Numbered from the stretch's first letter, positions 17,660 through 26,536 are shown. The stretch is 64,000 nucleotides of DNA from Dialister sp. (GCF_047832375.1 NZ_CP181256.1:2235750-2299749), one strand, 5' to 3'. The notes: generated from the sequence alone by a model not told the origin. Translations and numbers: made by a program.

Positions 17660-17932
17660 AACTTCATAAGGCAGTGAAGAGAAGAGTAGGCGGGAAAGAA
17701 AGTCAAAGAGAGCCCCGGGTGGTGAAAAGGGGTACCGGACGTCCTTCTGAAGATGGCCTCTGAGCCTTTCTGCTGAATAGTCAGGCAGGACGGGAATTCC
17801 CGTTACAGAAGAGAAGTATCAAGGCATGGCCGGCGTACTTCATAAGGCTTTTCCGGTGACGGAAAGGCGAACCTGGGTGGTACCGCGAAATCAATCCTTC
17901 GTCCCAAATGGGATGGAGGATTTTTTATTGAT
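17660..17932 (+). promoter_or_regulatory. T-box riboswitch leader (candidate Met specifier AUG)
   Basis: Stem I elements AGTA, AGAGAG and GGTGGTGAAA. Candidate specifier context CUGAAG-AUG-G. Conserved T-box sequence TGGGTGGTACCGCG at 17874-17887. Terminator AATCCTTC...GGAGGATTTTTT at 17892-17926. Confidence 0.8.
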
Positions 17933-17952
17933 TAAAACACAGGAGGAGTATT

Positions 17953-18786
17953 ATGAATTACAAGAAGACACTGATCGCATCCATCGCAGCTCTCGCTGCC
18001 GTTTCCTTTATCGCCGGCTGTGGAGACCAGAAAGCAGCAGCTCCGGCCAAGTCCGCTTCTTCCGATAAAGCGGTTACCATTAAAGTAGGCGTTTCCCCCG
18101 TTCCCCATGGTGAAATCCTGAATTCCGTCAAAGACCAGCTGGCCAAGGAAGGGGTCAATGTGGAAATCGTGGAATTCACGGACTATGTACAGCCAAACCT
18201 GGCCCTGAACGACAAGAGCCTGGATGCCAACTACTTCCAGCATAAGCCCTACCTCGATGAATTCTGCAAATCCCGGGGTCTCAACCTGAAATCCATTGGT
18301 ACTGTTCATCTGGAACCGATGGGCGTATACTCCTCCAAGATTAAAGATATCAAAGACCTTCCTGACGGCGCCCATGTAGCCATCCCGAATGACCCCACCA
18401 ACGGCGGCCGGGCCCTTCTGGTTCTCCAGTCCGCAGGACTCATCAAACTCCGTGACGGTGCCCCCATTACCGCTACTCCCCAGGACATTGCTGAAAACCC
18501 GAAGAACCTGCAGTTCTCCGAACTGGAAGCGCCCCAGCTGCCCCGGTCCCTGGAAGATGCGGATATCGCTGTGATCAACATGAACTTCGCCCTGGAAGCG
18601 AAACTGGATCCGAAGAGCGCCATTTACACAGAAAGCTCCGACTCCCCCTATGCCAATATCGTAGCCGTACGGGCGGGGGATGAAAACCGTCCGGAACTGC
18701 AGAAGCTCATGAAAGCCCTGAACAGCCAGGAAGCCAAAGATTTCATTAACAAGAAATACAACGGCGCCATCAAAGCTACATTCTGA
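17953..18786 (+). CDS. metQ: MetQ/NlpA family lipoprotein (methionine ABC substrate-binding protein)
   Basis: 277 aa, lipobox SFIAGC. NlpA-family body (KVGVSPVPHGEIL..., NYFQHKPYL). Confidence 0.85.
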   Translation: MNYKKTLIASIAALAAVSFIAGCGDQKAAAPAKSASSDKAVTIKVGVSPVPHGEILNSVKDQLAKEGVNVEIVEFTDYVQPNLALNDKSLDANYFQHKPYLDEFCKSRGLNLKSIGTVHLEPMGVYSSKIKDIKDLPDGAHVAIPNDPTNGGRALLVLQSAGLIKLRDGAPITATPQDIAENPKNLQFSELEAPQLPRSLEDADIAVINMNFALEAKLDPKSAIYTESSDSPYANIVAVRAGDENRPELQKLMKALNSQEAKDFINKKYNGAIKATF

Positions 18787-18799
18787 TAACCGGTGCCCG

Positions 18800-18838
18800 A
18801 AAAAGAGAGGAATCCTTTCGAGGATTCTTCTCTTTTTA
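18800..18838 (+). terminator. intrinsic terminator after metQ
   Basis: AAAAGAGAGGAATCC-tttcg-AGGATTCTTCTCTTTTTAT. Confidence 0.75.
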
Positions 18839-19006
18839 TATTAAATAAATATTTCTTCTATTAATATAATGGTTCCATGAGCTGGAGAATATTTTTGAAT
18901 TAAATATTATAATAAATATTCCCTATCCCCTTGCATTTTTCCACCAATTTATATTACACTATGGATAATATTGAACAATTCGTACTGTAAGTGAATGGAG
19001 ACTGCT

Positions 19007-19567
19007 ATGGACCGTCGTCAGCAAAAGACAAGGGCTGCCATTTTTGATGCATTCAGCGCACTGCTGTCAGAAAAGCCCTATTCGAAAATTACCATCCAGG
19101 ATATTATCGACCGCGCCAATATCGGAAGAAGCACATTCTACGCCCATTTCAAGGCCAAGGACAGCCTGTTGGAAGAGATGTGCGGAGAACTTTTTGACCA
19201 CATCATCGAAGGGGTCATGAATGACAACATGCCCGATGATGGACATACGGCGCCGGGGGTACCGGATCCCGTTTTTGCCCACCTCCTGCAGCATATCGCC
19301 GCCAACACCAATCACATCCGGGATCTCCTGACTTCAGAAAGCAGCGATATTTTCCTCCGCTTTTTCAAGTCGAGCCTGAACCGCCTCATCGCTTCTTGTG
19401 TGCTGAAAGGGAGGACTCCTTCCTGCCGGGTGCCGGAGGAATTCCTGCTGAACCACATTTCCGGCAGTTTCGTGGAAATGGTGCAGTGGTGGGTACAGAG
19501 AAAAATGAAGGAAACCCCGGAAGAGCTGGACGCCTATTTCCGGGCCGTCATTGAGCCTTTATTATAA
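19007..19567 (+). CDS. TetR/AcrR family transcriptional regulator
   Basis: N-terminal HTH: AIFDAFSALLSEKPYSKITIQDIIDRANIGRSTFYAHF. Start at MDRRQQK behind GGAG (track start 18995). Confidence 0.9.
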   Translation: MDRRQQKTRAAIFDAFSALLSEKPYSKITIQDIIDRANIGRSTFYAHFKAKDSLLEEMCGELFDHIIEGVMNDNMPDDGHTAPGVPDPVFAHLLQHIAANTNHIRDLLTSESSDIFLRFFKSSLNRLIASCVLKGRTPSCRVPEEFLLNHISGSFVEMVQWWVQRKMKETPEELDAYFRAVIEPLL

Positions 19568-19572
19568 GGTAT

Positions 19573-19608
19573 AAAAGAGTCATGGCCGGGGGCCATGGCT
19601 CTTTTATT
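19573..19608 (+). terminator. intrinsic terminator after the TetR gene
   Basis: AAAGAGTCATGGCC-gggg-GCCATGGCTCTTTTATTT. Confidence 0.75.
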
Positions 19609-19616
19609 TACGGTAT

Positions 19617-19787
19617 GCTGATGGATAGAGTCACTTGCACAGGGCTTTCAGCTTCCAACGAGATATCCCCTACCAGTCATTCATGCCGCAGGCGGTAGAG
19701 CATTCCTGGCAGCTGGCAGCTAGAGCCTAGAGGCTAGAAGCCCTCACGCACTTGACTCTACCCGCAAGCGCCGAAAACCAACAGACC
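19617..19787. repeat. Family A repeat copy A7 (internally deleted; both outer termini missing)
   Basis: GCTGATGGATAGAGTCACTTGCACAGGG, then half a centre (CAGTCATTCATGCCGCAGGCGG), right-arm heptads and the CACTTGACTCTACCCGCAAGC box. Confidence 0.75.
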
Positions 19788-19867
19788 AAATCCCTAAACT
19801 CCCCTCTTTATTGTGTTCCTGATTTACGATATAATGATACAAATATATCAGATAGAGAGGAAACCAC

Positions 19868-19896
19868 TTGACCCGCTCCGTGGAAAGAGGTATAGT
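19868..19896 (+). promoter_or_regulatory. candidate promoter for guaB
   Basis: TTGACC (19868-19873), 17-nt spacer, TATAGT (19891-19896). Confidence 0.45.
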
Positions 19897-19943
19897 TATC
19901 CTTAATTATCTGTTATGGAATTTTTTTACTCAAGGAGGAAATA

Positions 19944-21449
19944 ATGGCAACCTATATTAATGAACCGGCACATACCTTTAACGAATATCTGCTCATTCCC
20001 GGATATTCCGATACGAACTGCATTCCTGCAAACGTATCCCTGAAAACACCACTGGTGAGATTCAAAAAGGGTGAAAAACCGGCTATTACATTAAATATCC
20101 CCATGGTTTCTGCTATCATGCAGGCCGTATCCGGTGAAAGACTGGCTGTAGAGCTGGCCCGGAACGGTGGTATTTCTTTCATCTACGGTTCCCAGACACC
20201 GGAAGAAGAAGCAGCTATGGTTGCCAGAGTCAAAGCACAGAAAGCAGGATTTGTTCCCAGCGATTCCAACCTTTCCCCAGAAAATACACTGGCCGACGTT
20301 CTCGCACTGAAAGCAAAAACCGGCCATTCCACCGTTGCCATTACCGATGACGGCACTGCCTCCGGCCGGCTGGTTGGTATCGTATCCAGCCGTGACTACC
20401 GCGTAAGCCGCATGGACAAATCGGAAAAAGTTAAAAATTTCATGACTCCCCTCGAAAAACTGGTAACCGCTAAATTCGGCATTACCCTGTCCGAAGCCAA
20501 CGACATCATCTGGGACAACAAGATCAACTCCCTCCCTGTGCTCTATGAAGACGGCAAGCTCTATGGCTTCGTATTCCGCAAGGACTATGATTCCCACCAG
20601 GAAAACCCGAACGAAATGCTGGATGCCCAGAAGCGGTTCATCGTAGGTGCCGGCATTAACTCCCGGGACTACGAAGAACGGGTACCGAAGCTGGTAGATG
20701 CCGGAGCTGACGTACTCTGCATCGATTCCTCCGAAGGCTTCTCCGAATGGCAGAAAATCACCCTGGACTGGATCCATAAGAAATACAATGGCAAAGTCCG
20801 TGTAGGTGCCGGCAATGTAGTCGACAAAGACGGCTTTCTCTTCCTCGCCAAGGCAGGTGCTGACTTCGTAAAGGTCGGCATCGGCGGCGGTTCCATCTGC
20901 ATCACCCGTGAAACAAAGGGTATCGGCCGCGGCCAGGCTACTGCCCTCATCGAAGTATGCCAGGCAAGAGATGAATATTACAAGGAAACCGGCATTTATG
21001 TACCGGTATGCTCCGATGGCGGTATCGTTTACGACCACCACATCACCCTGGCCCTGGCCATGGGCGCTGACTTCGTCATGCTGGGCCGTTACTTTGCCCG
21101 GTTCGATGAATCCCCGACACAGAAGAGAACTGTCGGCGGCACTGTGGTAAAGGAATACTGGGGTGAAGGTTCCAACCGTGCCCGGAACTGGGGCCGCTAC
21201 GACCTGGACGGTTCCAAGAAACTGGCCTTCGAAGAAGGTGTTGACTCCTACGTTCCTTACGCCGGTCCACTGAAAGAAAACGTGGAAAAAACCTGCGCCA
21301 AGATCAAAGCCACCATGTGTAACTGCGGCGCCATCACCATTCCGGAACTGCAGAAGAAAGCCAAGCTGACCCTCGTATCCGCTACCTCCATCGTAGAAGG
21401 CGGCGCCCACGACGTCATCCGGAAAGAAAAAGACGGCTCCGACCGTTAA
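19944..21449 (+). CDS. guaB: IMP dehydrogenase
   Basis: 501 aa with CBS pair and catalytic loop [23 protein letters not shown]. Confidence 0.95.
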   Translation: MATYINEPAHTFNEYLLIPGYSDTNCIPANVSLKTPLVRFKKGEKPAITLNIPMVSAIMQAVSGERLAVELARNGGISFIYGSQTPEEEAAMVARVKAQKAGFVPSDSNLSPENTLADVLALKAKTGHSTVAITDDGTASGRLVGIVSSRDYRVSRMDKSEKVKNFMTPLEKLVTAKFGITLSEANDIIWDNKINSLPVLYEDGKLYGFVFRKDYDSHQENPNEMLDAQKRFIVGAGINSRDYEERVPKLVDAGADVLCIDSSEGFSEWQKITLDWIHKKYNGKVRVGAGNVVDKDGFLFLAKAGADFVKVGIGGGSICITRETKGIGRGQATALIEVCQARDEYYKETGIYVPVCSDGGIVYDHHITLALAMGADFVMLGRYFARFDESPTQKRTVGGTVVKEYWGEGSNRARNWGRYDLDGSKKLAFEEGVDSYVPYAGPLKENVEKTCAKIKATMCNCGAITIPELQKKAKLTLVSATSIVEGGAHDVIRKEKDGSDR

Positions 21450-21469
21450 TTGACCGACTGGTCCCATAC

Positions 21470-21515
21470 AAAGGGGCCCGGAAAAATGAGAAATCATTTT
21501 TCCGGGCCCCTTTTG
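21470..21515 (+). terminator. intrinsic terminator after guaB
   Basis: AAAGGGGCCCGGAAAAATGA-gaaa-TCATTTTTCCGGGCCCCTTTT. Confidence 0.85.
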
Positions 21516-21538
21516 TGTGCCACTTCGTGGGTGGGCAT

Positions 21539-21805
21539 GGACTATTTCAGTATATCGAGCTGTTGGGTTTGGCGCTGATGGATAGAGTCATTCGTGCGGA
21601 GACTTCTAGCTGTTAGCTCCTAGCTTCTAGGAAAGATCAACAGCCTACGGCACGAATGACTGACGGAAATACCGGGTGGAAGCGCCGCAGGCGGATCAGC
21701 CTTCCTAACAGCTAGCCGCTAGAAGCTAGAAGCTCCATGCGAGTGACTCTATCCGCAAGCATGCCAACCGCCAAACCCTAACAGCTCGATAAACCGCAAT
21801 AGTCC
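21539..21805. repeat. Family A repeat copy A8 (full, centre forward; used here as the reference copy)
   Basis: GGACTATTTCAGTATATCGAGCTG ... 3 CTAG per arm ... CAGCTCGATAAACCGCAATAGTCC. Lies between the convergent guaB and folT. Confidence 0.9.
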
Positions 21806-21819
21806 ATTCTTTTTGCGTC

Positions 21820-22380
21820 CTACTTTCCACTCTCCATTTTCAGGGAACTCCGATTATCGACAGGTCCCCTCTTTTCCGGTCGGAGCAGCAAGAACCGGGC
21901 CACCTGGCGGTAGAGGACAAGGAACAGCGCAATTTCCATGGGATAGCAGATGATATTCTTGATGAGCCTCCCCATGAAAATAGCGGACGCCGCCTTATCA
22001 TAGTACAGGGTGAGCCACAGGGTGTTCAGTCCCAGGTGGATAAAAACCATGACGAGGAAAAAGGGTATGCACACATAAGGGAATGCCACCCTATGGCGGT
22101 AAAAGAACTTCCCGTAAATAAAGCCCGTAAGAAATCCGGAGAGAAGGAATCCCGGGAAAAATATACTGGTCCCCAGGCAGGCGGTACCGATGAAGTCCGA
22201 CATAGCCGCCACCAGTCCTCCCTTCCAGGGCCCATAGAGGGCGCCGGCCAGGGCGATGGGAAGAAATCCGAATGTTACCCGGATAAAGGGCGTCTGTATA
22301 GCAAACACATAGGACAAAAGCACCGCCAGTCCCGTAAGGACACCAAGAACCACCATCTGTTTTCCGTTTATTTTCTGCAT
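21820..22380 (-). CDS. folT: folate-family ECF transporter S component
   Basis: 186-aa polytopic protein (FIRVTFGFLPIALAGALYGPWKGG...), preceded by a THF riboswitch. Confidence 0.8.
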   Translation of the reverse strand: MQKINGKQMVVLGVLTGLAVLLSYVFAIQTPFIRVTFGFLPIALAGALYGPWKGGLVAAMSDFIGTACLGTSIFFPGFLLSGFLTGFIYGKFFYRHRVAFPYVCIPFFLVMVFIHLGLNTLWLTLYYDKAASAIFMGRLIKNIICYPMEIALFLVLYRQVARFLLLRPEKRGPVDNRSSLKMESGK

Positions 22381-22422
22381 TCAAAAAGACCTCCTTTGCG
22401 TTGCCGCATGGGAAGTCCCATG

Positions 22423-22527
22423 CAGCAGCGGGATGCAGTACCGGCACCGCAAGCCTTTAGAGGCTTTTCGTCCGAATGGCAGCTCCCCGTCCACCCGGCA
22501 CTTCACGCGCAGGTACTTACTCTGCTG
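22423..22527 (-). promoter_or_regulatory. THF (tetrahydrofolate) riboswitch
   Basis: The minus strand reads CAGCAGAGTAAGTACCTGCGCGTGAAGTGCCGG...GGACGAAAAGCC...GGCTTGCGGTGCCGGTACTGCATCCCGCTGCTG. This matches the remembered folT-motif core (AGAGUAG..CGCGUUAAGUG..ACGAAGC..GCGGUG..UGCAUCCGCU). Confidence 0.75.
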
Positions 22528-22568
22528 GAATATGATTCGCCGCTTTACCGCGGCTCTTAATGTGACAT

Positions 22569-22597
22569 AGTATAGCACGGTTGGAGAAAAAATACAA
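22569..22597 (-). promoter_or_regulatory. candidate promoter for the THF riboswitch-folT unit
   Basis: On the minus strand: TTGTAT (22597-22592), 17-nt spacer, TATACT (22574-22569). Confidence 0.4.
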
Positions 22598-22625
22598 CCG
22601 GTACCCGGCCAATTTCAGTATATCG

Positions 22626-24241
22626 TATGAACCACAAGTGATATTGTCTCAAGTAACCACAAATGAAAATGTCCCAGTCATGGTATAATCTCATCACAAT
22701 CTTAACGCAAGTGATGGGAGGAATTTTTATCAGAAAGGTTGAATTAACGATGGACGAGCAGTTCAAATATGAAACAATCAAATCTCTTGTTAATCATCCA
22801 GATGGCAACAAGCTCGCAGCAGCTGTCCGGCTGGGGTGCACTGTCCGCACCGTGAACCGGTTAATCCTGCGCTATCGTCAGGAAGGTAAAGCAGCATTTG
22901 TCCACGGGAACAGGGGTAGACAGCCCGTAACAACACTTCCAGCCTCACTCAGAGAAAAAATTGTGGCCCTTTACCAGAATGAGTACTATGGCGCCAATTT
23001 TACCCACTTTACCGAACTTCTGGACAGACATGAGAATATCCATGTCTCCGTTTCCTCTGTAGCCTCCATTCTTGAGGCAGCCTTTATTCTCTCTCCTAAG
23101 GCTACACGGGCCAAAAGAAAACGGATCAGGAGAAAATTGGAAGCAATGAAAAGCAACACGAAATCCAAGAAAAAGCAGATGGAAATACAAGTCAATCTTG
23201 TGGCTGCTGAAGATGCCCACAGCCGGCGTCCACGGCATGCTTACTTTGGGGAACAGCTGCAGGGTGATGCCACTCCATATGAATGGGTTCCCGGGAAGAT
23301 CTGGCATCTCCACCTCTTCATTGATGATGCCACTGGCATCGTGACTGGCGGCTATTTTGACACCCAGGAGACCCTGAACGGCTATTACCATGTCCTCTGG
23401 CAGACTCTCAAAGATTACGGAATCCCTGTGGAAATCTTCACGGATAAACGCACTGTGTTCATTTACAAACAAAAAGGATCCCCGTCCATCGACGAGGATA
23501 CCTATACGCAGTTCGGTTACGCTTGCAGGCAACTGGGGATACACCTTGAGTCAAGCAGCGTACCACAGGCCAAAGGCCGGGTTGAGCGGCTCAATGAGAC
23601 GCTGCAGTCGCGCCTGCCGATTGAGCTGAGACAGGCAGGCATCACGACTATTGCAGACGCCAATGAATTCCTCAAGTCCTACCTAAAAGAATTCAATGCG
23701 AAGTTTGCACTTCCTCCCAATAGTACCAAATCAGCTTTTGTGACGCAACCGTCAGATGAGAGGATCAACCTGATACTGGCTGTACTTACAGGCCGTACGG
23801 TAGACAGAGGCCACTGCATCCGTTTCCAGCGTCAGTACTATCGTATGCTTGATTCAGAAGGCCATCAGGTGCATTATGCCAGCGGAACCAAAGTACTAGT
23901 CATACGGGCTTTCAACGGCGAACTCTACTGCAGTGTTAACGATACCAGTATCTACGCGCTGGAAGCCATCCCTTTGCGCCAGAAGAAATCTCCTGAGCTT
24001 GATGCTGACTATACCAAACCAAAGCCTCAGAAACACTGGATTCCACCGATGAGTCACCCATGGAAGCAGGCATCTTTCCGTCATTACGTCCTTACAAGAC
24101 CGCATCATTCCAGACAAGATCCAGAAGAACTTGCATCGCGTAACATATTTTAGTAACATACTGGCCTAACCACTCAAAATAGCCCCACTATTGCGGGGCT
24201 ATTAAATGACAATTCTCGGGACATTTTCAAAAATGCTTGAC
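22626..24241 (+). mobile_element. ISNCY / IS1202-group-like insertion sequence flanked by a 29-bp direct duplication
   Basis: ACCGGTACCCGGCCAATTTCAGTATATCG occurs at 22597-22625 and at 24242-24270. Inverted repeats TGAAAATGTCCC (about 22663-22674) and GGGACATTTTCA (24218-24229). The outermost ends are not cleanly matched, so the boundaries are uncertain. Confidence 0.6.
22750..24153 (+). CDS. DDE (rve-type) transposase, ISNCY/IS1202-group-like
   Basis: N-terminal HTH (KYETIKSLVNHPDGNKLAAAVRLGCTVRTVNRLILRYRQEGKAAFVHGNRGRQP). Catalytic candidates LQGDATPY, IFTDKRTVF and AKGRVERLNETLQ. Start at MDEQFKYE (track start 22663). Confidence 0.8.
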   Translation: MDEQFKYETIKSLVNHPDGNKLAAAVRLGCTVRTVNRLILRYRQEGKAAFVHGNRGRQPVTTLPASLREKIVALYQNEYYGANFTHFTELLDRHENIHVSVSSVASILEAAFILSPKATRAKRKRIRRKLEAMKSNTKSKKKQMEIQVNLVAAEDAHSRRPRHAYFGEQLQGDATPYEWVPGKIWHLHLFIDDATGIVTGGYFDTQETLNGYYHVLWQTLKDYGIPVEIFTDKRTVFIYKQKGSPSIDEDTYTQFGYACRQLGIHLESSSVPQAKGRVERLNETLQSRLPIELRQAGITTIADANEFLKSYLKEFNAKFALPPNSTKSAFVTQPSDERINLILAVLTGRTVDRGHCIRFQRQYYRMLDSEGHQVHYASGTKVLVIRAFNGELYCSVNDTSIYALEAIPLRQKKSPELDADYTKPKPQKHWIPPMSHPWKQASFRHYVLTRPHHSRQDPEELASRNIF

Positions 24242-24251
24242 ACCGGTACCC

Positions 24252-24515
24252 GGCCAATTTCAGTATATCGAGCTGTTGGGTTTGGCGCTGATGGATAGAG
24301 TCATTCGTGCGGAGGCTTCTAGCTGTTAGCTCCTAGCTTCTAGGAAAGATCAACAGCCTACGGCACGAATGACTGACGGAAATACCGGGTGGAAGCGCCG
24401 CAGGCGGATCAGCCTTCCTAACAGCTAGCCGCTAGAAGCTAGAAGCTCCATGCGAGTGACTCTATCCGCAAGCATGCCAACCGCCAAACCCCAACAGCTC
24501 GATAAACCGCAATTT
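24252..24515. repeat. Family A repeat copy A9 (full, centre forward); its left terminus is duplicated by the IS insertion
   Basis: Near-identical to A8 by eye. GGCCAATTTCAGTATATCGAGCTG ... CAGCTCGATAAACCGCAATTT. Confidence 0.9.
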
Positions 24516-24540
24516 GACAGGCTGCCCCATTTTCCCCACT

Positions 24541-24567
24541 AAAAAATCCCCGGACGGGGATTTTTTT
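24541..24567 (-). terminator. intrinsic (bidirectional) terminator after lysS
   Basis: AAAAAATCCCCGGACGGGGATTTTTTT, 10 nt after the lysS stop. Confidence 0.85.
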
Positions 24568-24577
24568 AGTGATTCTA

Positions 24578-26509
24578 TCAGTACAGCTTTGCGCCGGCCG
24601 GGATGTGGCGGTCTACCATGAGGAGGTGAAGCTTTTCTTCTCCCTCTTCGTGATGGACGGCGGAGAGCAGCATGCCGCAGGAGTCGATGCCCATCATCTT
24701 TCTTGGCGGAAGGTTTACGATGGCAATCAGCGTCTTGCCCACCAGTTCTTCCGGTTCATAGTACGCATGGATGCCGGAAAGGATGATGCGGTCTGTACCG
24801 GTACCATCGTCCAGGACGAACTTCAGGAGCTTCTTGCTCTTCGGAACGGCGGTGCATTCCTTCACTTTCACTGCGCGGAAGTCGGACTTGCTGAATGTAT
24901 CGAAGTCCACATAGTCCTTGAACATCGGTTCAATTTCCACCTTGGAGAAATCGATGGGTTCGTTGTCCGCTTCTTTTGCCATTTCTTCTGCTTCCCGGGC
25001 GGTCTTCTTCTCCAGGGCCGTTTCCGGTTTCATGGCCGGGAACAGGAGTACGTCGCGGATGGAGGCAGAATTGGTCATGAGCATGAAGAGACGGTCAAGA
25101 CCGATACCGAGGCCGCCTGTAGGAGGCATGCCGTATTCCAGGGCGGTCAGGAAGTCCTCGTCAATGGGATGGGCTTCATCGTCCCCGTGTTTTCTTTCTT
25201 CCACCTGCAGTTCAAACCGTTTTCTCTGGTCAATGGGGTCGTTCAATTCGGAGAACCCATTTGCCAGTTCACGGCCGTAAATGTAGGATTCGAAGCGGAT
25301 GGTGTATCTGGGATCCTTCGGGTCCAGCTTGGACAGCGGGGATACTTCAATCGGGTGTTTTGTGATGTGAACCGGCTGGATAAGGTGTTCTTCCACGTAC
25401 GCATCGAAGCAGGCAGAGAGAATCTTTCCGAATCCGTCGAATTCACCGTATTCCACATGGAGCTTGTCGGCGATGGCCCTTGCTTCTTCGATGGTCTTGC
25501 AGGCATCAAAGTCTTCGCCGGTATACTTCTTCACCGCTTCTGCCATGGTGAGCCGCGGCCAGGGCGGAGTCACATCGATTTCCGTATCTTCGTAGGTGAA
25601 TTTCATGGAGCCGTAGGAAGCCATGGCGCAGGCAGCCACGATCTGTTCTGTCTGGTCGATGACGTCTTCGATATCCCCATAGGCCTGGTATGTTTCGATG
25701 GCCGTGAACTCCGGATTATGCCGGGTATCCATGCCTTCATTCCGGAAGTTCCGGGTGATTTCGAAAATCCGTTCATAGCCGCCCACCAGGAGCCGTTTCA
25801 GGTACAGTTCCGGTGCAATACGGAGGTACATGGTCATGTCCAGAGCATTGAAATGGGTGGTAAAGGGCTTTGCATTGGCACCGCCGTAGAGGGGCTGGAG
25901 CACCGGTGTTTCCACTTCCAGGAAGTTGTGGTCTGTATACCATTTCCGGATGGCTGCCATCATGGCTGCTCTCTTCACGAAGGTTTCCCGAACTTCCGGA
26001 TTCATAATGAGATCCAGGTACCGCTGGCGGTAACGCTGTTCCTTATCCGTAAGGCCATGCCATTTTTCCGGCAGCGGCCGGAGGGACTTGGACAGCATGG
26101 TGAAATGGAGCACCCGTACCGTCAGTTCGCCGGTGTGAGTAGTGAATACGGTACCTTCGATACCGAGGATATCGCCGATATCTACCAGTTTGAACAGGGC
26201 CCATTCCTTTTCCGGGAGTTCATCCCGTTTGAAATAGACCTGGATATCGCCGCTCTGGTCACGGAGCACACAGAAAGCGGTTTTGCCCTGGCCCCGGCGG
26301 ATCATGATGCGGCCGGCAATGCGGACGTGGGTTTCATTCTTTTCCAGTTCTTCTGCATCCCTGCGGATATCAGCCGCATGGTGGTCCCAGTTGAACTTCT
26401 GCCCATAGGGTTCTACACCCAGGGCACGGATTTTATCCAATTTCTGACGACGAACGAGCATCTGGTCATTCAGTTTCGGACCGTTCTGCTGTTTCTTATT
26501 TTCTGCCAT
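24578..26509 (-). CDS. lysS: lysine--tRNA ligase (class II) fused to a C-terminal Trbp111/EMAP-like tRNA-binding domain
   Basis: 643 aa. The class II LysRS body ends about at LLFPAMKPE. A charged linker follows, then DFRAVKVKECTAVPKSKKLLKFVLDDGTGTDRIILSGIHAYYEPEELVGKTLIAIVNLPPRKMMGIDSCGMLLSA, resembling the MetRS/CsaA tRNA-binding domain. Confidence 0.95.
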   Translation of the reverse strand: MAENKKQQNGPKLNDQMLVRRQKLDKIRALGVEPYGQKFNWDHHAADIRRDAEELEKNETHVRIAGRIMIRRGQGKTAFCVLRDQSGDIQVYFKRDELPEKEWALFKLVDIGDILGIEGTVFTTHTGELTVRVLHFTMLSKSLRPLPEKWHGLTDKEQRYRQRYLDLIMNPEVRETFVKRAAMMAAIRKWYTDHNFLEVETPVLQPLYGGANAKPFTTHFNALDMTMYLRIAPELYLKRLLVGGYERIFEITRNFRNEGMDTRHNPEFTAIETYQAYGDIEDVIDQTEQIVAACAMASYGSMKFTYEDTEIDVTPPWPRLTMAEAVKKYTGEDFDACKTIEEARAIADKLHVEYGEFDGFGKILSACFDAYVEEHLIQPVHITKHPIEVSPLSKLDPKDPRYTIRFESYIYGRELANGFSELNDPIDQRKRFELQVEERKHGDDEAHPIDEDFLTALEYGMPPTGGLGIGLDRLFMLMTNSASIRDVLLFPAMKPETALEKKTAREAEEMAKEADNEPIDFSKVEIEPMFKDYVDFDTFSKSDFRAVKVKECTAVPKSKKLLKFVLDDGTGTDRIILSGIHAYYEPEELVGKTLIAIVNLPPRKMMGIDSCGMLLSAVHHEEGEEKLHLLMVDRHIPAGAKLY

Positions 26510-26536
26510 TCATTAACCTCATTTCTTCCGATGCAA

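Noticed and set aside
22036-22578. ORFs overlapping folT and its leader (22036..22560 +, 22091..22447 -, 22381..22578 -)
   Set aside because: They are antisense to, or out of frame with, the folT S-component. The upstream part is better explained as a THF riboswitch.
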